A stretch of DNA of 39,487 nucleotides from Pseudobdellovibrionaceae bacterium (GTDB lineage Bacteria > Bdellovibrionota > FAC87 > UBA2466), in the NCBI GenBank assembly GCA_023250715.1, contig JAHFAF010000012.1:1-39487 (forward strand), read 5' to 3'. A program made the translations under genes and the position numbers. How positions within the stretch are numbered: position 1 is the first letter of the stretch; every line of letters starts with the position of its first letter. Shown here one piece after another: positions 23,605 to 32,741 of this stretch. Under the pieces are notes generated by a model. It had not been told where the DNA came from, ran no database searches, and worked only from the letters and a program-made list of their open reading frames with translations.

Positions 23605-24942
23605 ATGAAAATATTTTTCGCATTTCTTCTAGTTAACTCGATCTCTAGCGCCGCTGCGCCGACATCGATCCTCTCATTACCGCATCGAGTCGAGATACTC
23701 CCGAACGGTTTGAGAGTTTTCATGGTGAACTACCCCAGCCCGGGAGCGGTGGCTTATCAACTTCCCGTTCATGCAGGCTCGCGAAACGAAATTGAAAAGG
23801 GAAAGACCGGCTTCGCCCACTTTTTCGAACACCTGATGTTTCGAGGGACGAAGAATTTAAGTGGAAAAGAGTTTGGAAATCTCTACGCAAGACTTGGCTG
23901 CGAGAATAATGCGTGGACCGCGTCCGACATGACCGACTACCACGGCGAAGTCGCGACGGCCTATCTACCGCAGATCCTCGCTGCAGAAGCCGATCGGTTT
24001 GCGAATCTTTCGTTCGATGAAAAAGCTCTAAAAGACGAAGCGGGGGCGGTATTGGGCGAGTACAACAAGGATATCGCTCAACCTGAATTCATGCTGGAAG
24101 AAACGCTACTCGCCGCCGCGTTCAAGCAACACCCCTACGGGCATACGACAATGGGTTACCGTGAGGACGTTCTAAAATTCACGGAAAGGTATAAAGACGT
24201 TTGGCCCTTTTTTCGCCGGTACTATCGACCGAGCAATGTCGCTGTCGTCCTAGTAGGAGACTTCGATTTTGAAAAAACACTTTCGGTAATTCGCGAAAAA
24301 TTTGGCGGCTGGAAAGATCCCGAGGTGGAAGAAGTAAAGATCCCCCAGGAGCCGACCCAAACAGAAGCACGCAATGCGAAAGTAATTTTGAAAAAACCGA
24401 CGCAAACACGATTGGTCGTCGCCTTCAAAACCCCCGCCTTTAGCACTAAGAATATCGATTCGATGACACTGGCCGTACTGGCGGAGATGACTTTTTCCAC
24501 CACTTCGGAATTTCAAAAGACCTATCGATTCGGGAAAAAATGGCTCGATGCCATCGACGCTGGCCCCAATGAGTCTTTCGACCCCGGGCTTTGGAGCATT
24601 TCGGTGCGGCTCGCGGAGGCGGGAGAAAAACACAGAGCGGAAATCTTGAAGGCTATCGACCAGGAAATAGAGAAGCTAAGAAGCCAACCACCCAAACCCG
24701 CACGCCTGAATGCTACAAAGAAGAGGTTTCGAAATGCCGCCCTCACGAGCTGGTTCTCTTCTCCGGAAGCCCTGGCGGGAAGAATCGCTTGGTACACGAC
24801 ACATGAATCAGATTTGGGCGTACTGGATCGTATCTTCGATCGGTTGGATCAGGTAACTCCCCTCGGAGTGCAAACCTACGCGAAGAAACATTTACTCGCG
24901 TCCGCAAAAACGACCGTCAGCTTGGAAGGAAGTGGCAAGTGA
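23605..24942 (+). CDS. M16 (insulinase/pitrilysin) zinc peptidase, catalytic subunit, secreted
   Basis: GFAHFFEHLMFRGT (HxxEH), NAWT, HPYGHTTMG; signal peptide. Confidence 0.95.
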   Translation: MKIFFAFLLVNSISSAAAPTSILSLPHRVEILPNGLRVFMVNYPSPGAVAYQLPVHAGSRNEIEKGKTGFAHFFEHLMFRGTKNLSGKEFGNLYARLGCENNAWTASDMTDYHGEVATAYLPQILAAEADRFANLSFDEKALKDEAGAVLGEYNKDIAQPEFMLEETLLAAAFKQHPYGHTTMGYREDVLKFTERYKDVWPFFRRYYRPSNVAVVLVGDFDFEKTLSVIREKFGGWKDPEVEEVKIPQEPTQTEARNAKVILKKPTQTRLVVAFKTPAFSTKNIDSMTLAVLAEMTFSTTSEFQKTYRFGKKWLDAIDAGPNESFDPGLWSISVRLAEAGEKHRAEILKAIDQEIEKLRSQPPKPARLNATKKRFRNAALTSWFSSPEALAGRIAWYTTHESDLGVLDRIFDRLDQVTPLGVQTYAKKHLLASAKTTVSLEGSGK

Positions 24943-26438
24943 GGATCTCTCTCGTATTTTTCGGCCTGGTGAGCCTTTACGCCTACTCCGCTGTCGCCCC
25001 CACGCAGTTTCTGCCGAAAGGGGAAACGGGGCTTCCCATTACGACGATCAATCTCACCTTTCGCGTGGGATCGGCCGATGATCCCACCGATCAGGCGGGT
25101 GTTGCATTTCTCACGGGTAGAATGCTTCGCGAGGGGGGCGTCAAAAAAATGAAAGACTTGCCCGCACGCAATCGCGCTCAGATCGAGGACTTTCTCTATC
25201 CCTACTCTGCACACATCGATGTCTCCGTGGAAAAGGAACAAACTTCTTTCACGGTAACTATGTCCGCCAAAGAAGCGATGCCACTTTTCAAGGTGCTGGT
25301 CCAAATGCTCCAAACCCCGGCTTGGGACCCGAAGGAATTCGCTCGTATCAAGGCCGAAACGTTGGATGGCCTTACCCAAAGAATGCCCAGGGAAGATCAG
25401 GAGGAGCTCGGAAAGGCCGCACTTGATCAAGCAATCTATGGAAAGAATCACCCTTACGGACATGTGGATGAGGGTACTGTTGCTTCGGTAAAGGCGGTAA
25501 AGCTCGAGCAGGTAAAGAAGTTTTTCACACAGAGCTACACTCTGAATCGACTCAGCGTGGGGCTCGGCGGAGTCGTGGACGAAGACCTGAGAGCTTTTTC
25601 GAATGGCGCTTTTTCATTTCTCTCGGAATCGCCTTCGATAAAAACGGAGATTCCTTTCCCTGAACCGATGAAGGGAAGACAACTTACTATCGTCACCGGC
25701 CCCTTTGAATCCACGGGCATTCATTTGGGCCAAGCAGTTTCTTTCAATCGCGGAAATCCTGAGTTCGCATCAATGTATCTTGCGGCCACTGCGTTTGGAA
25801 AACACCGCTCCTTCGTAGGAAGGCTCATGAAGAGCGTACGCGAAGTCCGCGGGCTGAACTACGGGACCTATTCCTATGTAGAAGACTTTCCGAATGGCGG
25901 CCAGCAACTCGTCCCGCCGACGCAAAGCGCGCGCAGTCGTCAGGCATTTACCGTGTGGGCACGCCCCACGCCGGTTCCGAATGGCTGTTTTCTTTTGCGG
26001 CAAGTCTTGCGCGAAGTAGACAGCCTCACCACGGAAGGGCTTACTCAAGCAGAGTTCGAGTTAGGCCAAAGTCATCTCGTTGGAAGTCTTCCTCTTCTCT
26101 CGGCAAGCCTCGAGCGAAACTTGGGCGAGCAAATCGATAATGCGTTTTACGGAACCTCGGCACCTCTTGTTCCGCAACTCGAAGCACTAAAATTACGGGA
26201 TGTGAATTCCGCTCTAAAGCATCACCTCACACCCAATTCAATTCACATTGTGGTAGTCACACCCGATGCGGAAAAATTCAAGGAAGCGATTTCAAAACCG
26301 CGTTGCGATATTCAATACGCCGCCGGAATCGAAAAACCCGATGAAGTGAAAGCCGAGGACGAAAAGATCGCGACCTATCCTGTTCACATCGCACCAGCCA
26401 ACATCAAGGTAATCACCGCCGAATCCGTCTACCAATAG
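24939..26438 (+). CDS. M16 peptidase non-catalytic subunit
   Basis: GTGA overlap; RVGSADDP, no HxxEH, HPYGH, RLMKSVREVRGLNYG (R/Y pair). Confidence 0.9.
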   Translation: MRISLVFFGLVSLYAYSAVAPTQFLPKGETGLPITTINLTFRVGSADDPTDQAGVAFLTGRMLREGGVKKMKDLPARNRAQIEDFLYPYSAHIDVSVEKEQTSFTVTMSAKEAMPLFKVLVQMLQTPAWDPKEFARIKAETLDGLTQRMPREDQEELGKAALDQAIYGKNHPYGHVDEGTVASVKAVKLEQVKKFFTQSYTLNRLSVGLGGVVDEDLRAFSNGAFSFLSESPSIKTEIPFPEPMKGRQLTIVTGPFESTGIHLGQAVSFNRGNPEFASMYLAATAFGKHRSFVGRLMKSVREVRGLNYGTYSYVEDFPNGGQQLVPPTQSARSRQAFTVWARPTPVPNGCFLLRQVLREVDSLTTEGLTQAEFELGQSHLVGSLPLLSASLERNLGEQIDNAFYGTSAPLVPQLEALKLRDVNSALKHHLTPNSIHIVVVTPDAEKFKEAISKPRCDIQYAAGIEKPDEVKAEDEKIATYPVHIAPANIKVITAESVYQ

Positions 26439-26468
26439 GTACGGCATACCTTTGTGAAGGTAAAATTT

Positions 26469-27034
26469 TCACGGCCCGGACTGAACCTCTGCAGACAATC
26501 CATTTTCAACGGAGAATTTTACCAACACTTTAGATTCTCTTTGGCCGCTTCCAGAGCTAGCGAATAGCGGAATCATGAAAATCCTTTTCCACACCTCTTC
26601 GTTTTTCACGGAGCCGACTATTTCAAATGCCATTTTCACTGAGCGGGGCGCGGCAACGCTTGTCTTCTTGTACGGAGTGATGAAATAGGGACTGTAGGCG
26701 ATTCTTCGTACCGGAAAAACACGAGCTCTGAAAGCATCCGAAGGGGGGATACGAAGAACTACGTCGCTCGGATTACTCTCGTAAATGTTGCCTTGGACGG
26801 TGGCATTTAACTCCAAGACTCCTTAAAATTCGTAACGTTTTGCAGGGCCCCCTGCTTTCTTTCAATTTGAGACTTCGTAATATTCACCGATGTGATCTCC
26901 CAGACTTCGATGGGGTCCTCAGCGATCGGAACAATGGTAAACCCCTCGGGTAATTCATTAGAAAAACCTGGCCGGGGAACGAACGACAAAAATAACAACC
27001 AGATAATCGTCCTTTTAATATTCTTAGTTTTCAT
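26469..27034 (-). pseudogene. Secreted hypothetical protein split by a 1-nt frameshift near 26807..26825
   Basis: GGAGAGG RBS, ATG 27034 and a signal peptide; the frame stops at 26807 while a second frame opens just after a TAA at ~26825. Total 566 bp = 3n+2. Confidence 0.6.
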
Positions 27035-27141
27035 ACGGGCTGACCTCTCCAATTGGGAGGTGACTTAACAAGTTTCAAGGCCTCAATCCACAATTCTCAA
27101 GAATTCCCCATGAGGTTCTGGTTGCGCACCTTGAAACCAGG

Positions 27142-28227
27142 CTAGGAATTCCTTGAAAGGAGGCGGCCCAGAAAACCGTCAGACTTCCCTACTCCCCGAT
27201 ACAAGGTCAGGCGCTTGCCCTCCTGCTGGCCGGCTTTGAAAGACTCGCGATCGCGGTACATTCCGCTCCTGCCGAAAGAAGCGAGCCGGGGATAACGGTC
27301 GCGCACGAAAGACGTCAACCGAGGATCTTCTTTGATCTGAAGTGCAAGAGAGTCGGACTCTACCGCGGGCACCTCCAATTTTTTTCGAAACTCGGTAAGA
27401 AGGCCCAAGAAATAGGACGATTTCCCCCGGACAGAAGCTCCCGTCTCAGAGCGGAAAAGCTTCCAGCGTAATTGAATTTGATTCCACAGAAAATGATAGA
27501 CATACTCAGCCATATCTACATTCGTTCGAGTCCCGAGAATCTCTATCATTTTGAACGTGGTATTAGCTTTCGCATCGAACCGACTCGCATGGATCACGCG
27601 CACAAAAAAATAATCATTCAAAATGGAGGCAATCAAGAAGTGATGCCGCTCCATTCTCTTTTTTCCAGAAGAGATCTCCCGGCTCACATAATCCCGTCTG
27701 ATTCCACTCTCTAGAGTTTCCAAATTATGGCGCGCATAAAGTTCCTGAACTTTTTTCATCGCAGCGGTCGCTTCATGTTGGTTCGAGGAGCCCGCCAAGG
27801 CCAACAACTTTTCCACCCTGCCCTGCAATCGCGCTCTTTCGGGATCGGCAAAGGCCTCTCGCCAGGCCTCAAGCGGAAGGGAAGGATCGGTAACCGACTG
27901 ACACGCCCAATCGGCAACTCCAAATCGCTGGCAAGCCAAGCGAAATAGCGGGCCGTGGCCTTCGTCGGAAAGGTCTTTCTCAGTCACCCACTGATGAGCC
28001 ATCTCATGCTTTAAAATCTCGAGCACCACTGCCCAGGGTTGGGTCTCGATAAGGCGCTGAGAAAGAGTCAGGGTGCGGGTCACCGGGTCCCATTGCCCCC
28101 ACCTACTTTTTTCATTATTCACGCGAATGACAGGACGCCGCAGTTTGGAGCGATAGGCGAAGCAGAAATGCTCGTATTCCCTTTCAAGTTGGGTAACCCA
28201 GGCGCGAATTTGTTCAGGGGCATTCAT
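27142..28227 (-). CDS. SprT-like zinc metalloprotease domain + DUF2786
   Basis: RWGQW, ILKHEMAHQW (HExxH), HGPLFR; RVEKLLALAGSSNQHEATAAMKKVQEL. Start ATG 28227 avoids overlap with the divergent gene. Confidence 0.88.
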   Translation of the reverse strand: MNAPEQIRAWVTQLEREYEHFCFAYRSKLRRPVIRVNNEKSRWGQWDPVTRTLTLSQRLIETQPWAVVLEILKHEMAHQWVTEKDLSDEGHGPLFRLACQRFGVADWACQSVTDPSLPLEAWREAFADPERARLQGRVEKLLALAGSSNQHEATAAMKKVQELYARHNLETLESGIRRDYVSREISSGKKRMERHHFLIASILNDYFFVRVIHASRFDAKANTTFKMIEILGTRTNVDMAEYVYHFLWNQIQLRWKLFRSETGASVRGKSSYFLGLLTEFRKKLEVPAVESDSLALQIKEDPRLTSFVRDRYPRLASFGRSGMYRDRESFKAGQQEGKRLTLYRGVGKSDGFLGRLLSRNS

Positions 28228-28262
28228 GAGAATGTTATAGTTTGTCCTGAATAGGAGGGCGG

Positions 28263-29255
28263 ATGTCAAAATTTGTTTGGTTTCCAGTAGGGCTGCTCCT
28301 TGCACTTCCCTCTTTTGCAGAAGTCCATGCAAAAGGCCTCCTTTTTCGAAAACACACCGCACCGGAAGTGGTAGCAATTCCGGGAAACCTCGACATCCAT
28401 GACTTTAGACTTATCGATAAGAGTCGAGGAGACCGAGAGATTCCGGTACGCGCCTACGTCCCCAAGGGAAAGGGCCCCTTCCCTACGGTTCTTTTTTCTC
28501 CTGGACTCGGAGGATCTCGAGAGACATATGTTTATCTCGCGATCGCCTGGGCAGCGGCCGGTTATTTAGTTTTGATCCCCACCCACGCCGGCAGCGCCAC
28601 GGACGATATGAATACACTGGGAGGAAATCTCATCGGAAAAGGCATCAAGGCCGTTCGGATCGTTTCTGATCAACGAAACTGGACGAACCGGGTGCAGGAC
28701 ATGCAATACCTTCTCGCCCACACTCAAGAAGTGGAATTTCTCGCGGGAAAAATAGACAAGGAGAAAATTGCCTTGGCCGGCCATTCCTTTGGAGCGCAAA
28801 CCGCCTTAGCGGGAACAGGCGCTAAAATTCATCTCTCTGGAAAAGAAAATCCCTCGCTACTGATTCCAGAAGCTAAAATTGCCATCGCAATTTCTCCCCA
28901 AGGCGAAGGGAGAATGGGATTTAAAGATGATTCTTGGAGTGAGCTCTCTAAACCCACGCTCTTTATCCGAGGAGAAAGGGATGCGGGGATCTTCGGAGAC
29001 GCCCCGGAAACACGAGATCACCCTTTCCAACATGCGCCCTCCAACGGAAAAATGTACCATGCGCTGATCCCAGGGGAACACGCGACCCACATGTTCTTCG
29101 TCGGAGACGGGGTAACAGCAAAAGCGAAAGAGTCGGTGAAAGACGTGGAGGAGCTAACCCTTACCTTTCTGAACAAGTTCCTGAAAAAGAACTCTCCCAC
29201 CGAAATCGCGACAGAGGGAACCCGCGAAGGCCGCGTCGTTCTTAAAACAAAGTAA
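28263..29255 (+). CDS. Secreted alpha/beta hydrolase (chlorophyllase/PAF-acetylhydrolase-like)
   Basis: AGGAGG RBS; PTVLFSPGLGG, GHSFG nucleophile elbow, PTLFIRGERD, ATHMFF. Confidence 0.9.
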   Translation: MSKFVWFPVGLLLALPSFAEVHAKGLLFRKHTAPEVVAIPGNLDIHDFRLIDKSRGDREIPVRAYVPKGKGPFPTVLFSPGLGGSRETYVYLAIAWAAAGYLVLIPTHAGSATDDMNTLGGNLIGKGIKAVRIVSDQRNWTNRVQDMQYLLAHTQEVEFLAGKIDKEKIALAGHSFGAQTALAGTGAKIHLSGKENPSLLIPEAKIAIAISPQGEGRMGFKDDSWSELSKPTLFIRGERDAGIFGDAPETRDHPFQHAPSNGKMYHALIPGEHATHMFFVGDGVTAKAKESVKDVEELTLTFLNKFLKKNSPTEIATEGTREGRVVLKTK

Positions 29256-29319
29256 CACCCGCCTGCCAAAATACGGCTGTATTCCAGTAGTCATCAGCGA
29301 ATCCACTGAGAAAAACCCC

Positions 29320-29335
29320 TGGCCTGCCGGCTGCA
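29320..29335 (+). promoter_or_regulatory. Possible sigma54 promoter of the DUF4360 gene
   Basis: TGGCCT-GCCGG-CTGCA has GG-N10-GC spacing. Confidence 0.45.
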
Positions 29336-29357
29336 CTGAAAGGCCGCGGAGGTCCGC

Positions 29358-29939
29358 ATGAGTAAGCTCATTTCTTGCCTGATTCTTTTTGTTGCGTTAA
29401 GCGCCTTCGCCGAAGACATTCAGATTTTGAAAATGACAACCCACGGACGAAAGTGTCGGGGTCAGGATGTTCAACTCCTCCAAAATGGTAACGCTTTTTC
29501 TCTGCTCTTTAATCGCTTCGCAATTGAACTAAACGCAGGCGAAAGCACGAACGGATACGCGGAAGTGGAAACTTGCGTTGTCACCTTGGATATCAGACTT
29601 CCCGCGGATCGCTGCCTCGAGCAGGTCGATCAAGTCTTTAGTGGCGGAATTTTGAAAAGCTCTCGCTCTCGCGGAAGCCTTCTCATCGCCTACAATATTC
29701 ACGGAGTTTACGGGCAGGCCCTAAAACAGTGGCGCTTGAATAACCCTATTAACCCCGAGGATGCGGACTCGATCTTCTCAATCAATTTCTCAAAACGCCC
29801 ACGGCCATCCTGTATTAAAGGCCGGGTCCGGTACACGGCTTTAATCATCATGGAAGCATTCCGATATTCTTTGGCAAACGATCACTTTCTCTCCCAAATC
29901 GACTCAAATGATGCCGAGCTGTTCCTGCGGCTACGCTAA
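29358..29939 (+). CDS. Secreted DUF4360-like protein
   Basis: GGAGG RBS, signal peptide, HGRKC...FSLLFNRF...TCVVTLDIRLP pattern. Confidence 0.7.
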   Translation: MSKLISCLILFVALSAFAEDIQILKMTTHGRKCRGQDVQLLQNGNAFSLLFNRFAIELNAGESTNGYAEVETCVVTLDIRLPADRCLEQVDQVFSGGILKSSRSRGSLLIAYNIHGVYGQALKQWRLNNPINPEDADSIFSINFSKRPRPSCIKGRVRYTALIIMEAFRYSLANDHFLSQIDSNDAELFLRLR

Positions 29940-29948
29940 CCCTGAATC

Positions 29949-30021
29949 TGCGAGCGCAAGCGAAGCAGTCTCACTGTCCTAAGATCGAATGCACATGATT
30001 GCTTCGGGCTTCGCCCTCGCA
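29949..30021. repeat. REP/MITE-like palindromic element between convergent genes
   Basis: TGCGAG/CTCGCA outer stem, CGAAGCAGTC/GATTGCTTCG inner stem, side hairpins GCGCAAGC and GGGCTTCGCCC. Confidence 0.7.
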
Positions 30022-30030
30022 AGTACGGAA

Positions 30031-30477
30031 TTATTTCTTCTTCGCAGCGGGAGTAAATCGCAGACAAACCGAATTGATGCAATACCTCTTCCCCGTCGGC
30101 TTAGGTCCATCATCGAAAACGTGGCCTAGGTGGGCGCCACAGCGGCTGCATTTCACTTCCGTACGGTGCATCCCGTACGCATTATCATCGGTAAGAGTGA
30201 CCTTATCGACGGCAACGGCTTGAAAGAAGCTGGGCCATCCAGTGCCGGAGTCGAATTTTGCCTCCGAAGAAAAAAGTTCCTGGCCGCACGAAGAGCAAAC
30301 AAATGTGCCCTTCTCGGTGAAGTGAGCATACTTACCCGTAAAAGGACGCTCGGTCCCGGCCTCGCGGCAGACGGATATTTCTTCCGGCGTCAGTTTTGTT
30401 TTCCAATACTCGAGAGGTTTTGTTTTCAGATCTTCTGCTGCAAAAGCGGAAACAAAAAATAATATAAGAAAGGTCAT
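30031..30477 (-). CDS. msrB: Second MsrB, with signal peptide (periplasmic)
   Basis: MTFLILFFVSAFAA leader; [32 protein letters not shown]. Confidence 0.95.
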   Translation of the reverse strand: MTFLILFFVSAFAAEDLKTKPLEYWKTKLTPEEISVCREAGTERPFTGKYAHFTEKGTFVCSSCGQELFSSEAKFDSGTGWPSFFQAVAVDKVTLTDDNAYGMHRTEVKCSRCGAHLGHVFDDGPKPTGKRYCINSVCLRFTPAAKKK

Positions 30478-31166
30478 TTGCGTACTTTATACCCGATTCC
30501 ACGCACCGTCACGATGCGGCCTCCTTCTTCTCCCAATTTTTTTCTCAGCGTCATCACATGCACATCAATATTTCGTTTTACTAGCTCACTTTCATTTCTC
30601 TCTAATCGTTTTAAGAGCTCTTCTCGTGAAAAGGCCTTACCGGCATCCCTTGCCAATTCCCAAAGAAGATCGAATTCAGTCGCGGTAAAAGGAACCACTT
30701 CTCCGTGCACCCTTACTTCGCGGGTTCGTAAGTCCATCCGAATGCCGCCCACATGCAGATCATTCAAAACGGGATCATTCAAATTAGGCCCAGACCGCCG
30801 AAGGACCGCGCGAATACGGGCAATCAATGTGCGGACGCTAAAAGGCTTCGCCACATAATCGTCGGCGCCGAGCTCAAGCCCAAGAGTAACATCGGCCTCC
30901 TCCGAATGAGCCGTCACCATGATGATCGGAATCGCTTTGGTTTTGTCTTCTTCACGCAGCCGCTTACAGACTTCAATCCCATTCATTTGAGGCATCGTAA
31001 TATCGAGAAGCACCAACGAAGGTTGAAAGGAATGCACGGCATCCAGACCCGCCTTCCCATCGGCGGCCCACTTCACCCGAAAGCCCTCCCTCTCCAGCCG
31101 TGCTTGAACCATCTCAGCTATCGCGACATCATCTTCGACGATTAGAATTTTCTCAGCGGCGGCCAT
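30474..31166 (-). CDS. OmpR/PhoB-family response regulator
   Basis: ILIVEDD, LLDITMP, GADDYVAKPF, RNIDVHVMTLRKKL, TVRGIGY. Confidence 0.96.
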   Translation of the reverse strand: MAAAEKILIVEDDVAIAEMVQARLEREGFRVKWAADGKAGLDAVHSFQPSLVLLDITMPQMNGIEVCKRLREEDKTKAIPIIMVTAHSEEADVTLGLELGADDYVAKPFSVRTLIARIRAVLRRSGPNLNDPVLNDLHVGGIRMDLRTREVRVHGEVVPFTATEFDLLWELARDAGKAFSREELLKRLERNESELVKRNIDVHVMTLRKKLGEEGGRIVTVRGIGYKVRK

Positions 31167-31205
31167 AAACTAAAATTTGTTCCTTGAAATGAGAAGTCAC
31201 CGATC

Positions 31206-31255
31206 TCTTATCGGTTGGAAATTCCGAAAGAAATAGACGAAATAGACCGATAAGA
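31206..31255. promoter_or_regulatory. Divergent promoter region with 10-bp inverted repeat (ACCGATAA sigma28-like boxes) and GAAATAGAC x2
   Basis: TCTTATCGGT at 31206 and ACCGATAAGA at 31246; GAAATAGAC at 31230 and 31239. Confidence 0.55.
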
Positions 31256-31259
31256 AAAC

Positions 31260-32741
31260 ATGGCCGCCCGCCCTGCACTACCAGCCCTTTTGCCGTTGAC
31301 CAAACGCGTCGCTTCTATCGCGGGTGGAGCCCTAATTCTGCTCAGTTGCTCGGCTCGGCCCTTGTTCGCAATGAACGTAAAGGACGCCTTTTCTTTATTC
31401 CTCTTAGGCATCGCTATCTTGAGTTTGCATTGGCCCATGGCCAAGTATCATCAGTTTCTGGGACGCAGCATTGGAATCAGTCTTTTATTAATTAGTGGAG
31501 GAACTCCTTGGGCCATTCGTTTGCTGGACGCGAGCCTTCTCTTTCTCCCCAGTCCCTCTTCGAAAAAATATTGGCTGGGACAGCTTCTGATTTTGACCGC
31601 GGGAAGCATGGGTTTCTATCAAGCACTAAACTATTCGCTCGAAATGAAAGGCGAGTCCGTCTTTCAACCCCACATGCCGCTAGCAACTCTCTCCGGAGTT
31701 CTCCTCTCCGTGATTGGCTTATTCTGTCTCAATCCCCACCGTGGAATTATCGGGCTTCTTACAAAATCTAGCGCCGGGGGCATGCTGGCGAGAAGGCTTC
31801 TTCCCTGGGCACTTGGAATTCCTCTACTTCTCTGGTGGTTTCGAATTTACGGTCAGGCCCATCACTTTTATTCGGAAGAGCAAGGCTTCGCGCTTTTCTT
31901 CACGCTCACCCTGGTGACCCTCGTGATCCTGATCACACGGACTGCGCTGCGATTACACGACATGGATTCTCAGCGCGCAAAATCTGCCGAAGTAATCGAG
32001 ACCCATCGAAAGGCGCTCCTTTACTCCTCGAAGATGTCGGCCCTCGGAGAGATGGCGAGCGGAATTGCACACGAAATCAATAATCCTCTTTCTGTCATTT
32101 ATGGCGAAGCCGAAGGCCTGCGCGAGCTTGCGACCGCTAAAAAACTCAACTTCGAAGAAGTAGCGCGGCTTGCGACAAAGATTGAAGCGACGACCGAGCG
32201 TATCTCGCGAATCGTGAAGGGTTTGAGAACTTTCGCTCGCGATTCCCGCGAGGAGCCTTTTGTATTCGTGCCCCTCTATCAAATTCTCGAAGATACACTG
32301 GCTTTCTGTCGTGAACGTTTCAAAATTCACAAGACCCAGCTGGAAGTCGCTAAAATTCCCCTTTCCTTGCAGATTGAGTGTAGGCGGGTCCAACTCTCCC
32401 AAGTTTTTCTGAACCTTCTCAACAACGCTTTCGATGCCGTTCACAATCAAGAAGATCGTCAAGTTCGAATTGATTGGAAAGAGATCGGCCCCGACATCGA
32501 ACTTCAAGTTAGTGACAATGGCCCCGGCATCCCTGAAAAAATTCGAGACAAAATATTTCAGCCTTTCTTTACGACGAAGGAAGTGGGAAAGGGTACGGGC
32601 CTTGGTCTCTCAATAGCAAATGGAATTATCGAGGCCCACCAGGGGTCACTCCGGGTCGAAACCCCACCGACGGGAAATGGATCGGTCTTTAAGGTACTCC
32701 TGCCCCGAGTACAGGCGAAAGATCAGAAGAAAGCGGCCTAA
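31260..32741 (+). CDS. Membrane-bound sensor histidine kinase (NtrB-type H box)
   Basis: Multiple hydrophobic segments; LGEMASGIAHEINNPL, QVFLNLLNNA, DNGPG, FQPFFTTK, GTGLGL. Confidence 0.95.
   Translation: MAARPALPALLPLTKRVASIAGGALILLSCSARPLFAMNVKDAFSLFLLGIAILSLHWPMAKYHQFLGRSIGISLLLISGGTPWAIRLLDASLLFLPSPSSKKYWLGQLLILTAGSMGFYQALNYSLEMKGESVFQPHMPLATLSGVLLSVIGLFCLNPHRGIIGLLTKSSAGGMLARRLLPWALGIPLLLWWFRIYGQAHHFYSEEQGFALFFTLTLVTLVILITRTALRLHDMDSQRAKSAEVIETHRKALLYSSKMSALGEMASGIAHEINNPLSVIYGEAEGLRELATAKKLNFEEVARLATKIEATTERISRIVKGLRTFARDSREEPFVFVPLYQILEDTLAFCRERFKIHKTQLEVAKIPLSLQIECRRVQLSQVFLNLLNNAFDAVHNQEDRQVRIDWKEIGPDIELQVSDNGPGIPEKIRDKIFQPFFTTKEVGKGTGLGLSIANGIIEAHQGSLRVETPPTGNGSVFKVLLPRVQAKDQKKAA

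Noticed and set aside
23605-26438. M16 pair as a novel system
   Set aside because: A catalytic plus non-catalytic M16B heterodimer is a widespread, known arrangement.
26807-26830. Programmed -1 ribosomal frameshift
   Set aside because: No X XXY YYZ slippery heptamer in the permitted window; a deletion or sequencing error is simpler.
27072-27137. 9-bp inverted repeat GTTTCAAGG...CCTTGAAAC as MITE ends
   Set aside because: Short, single occurrence, no target-site duplication seen; it may be chance or a regulator site.
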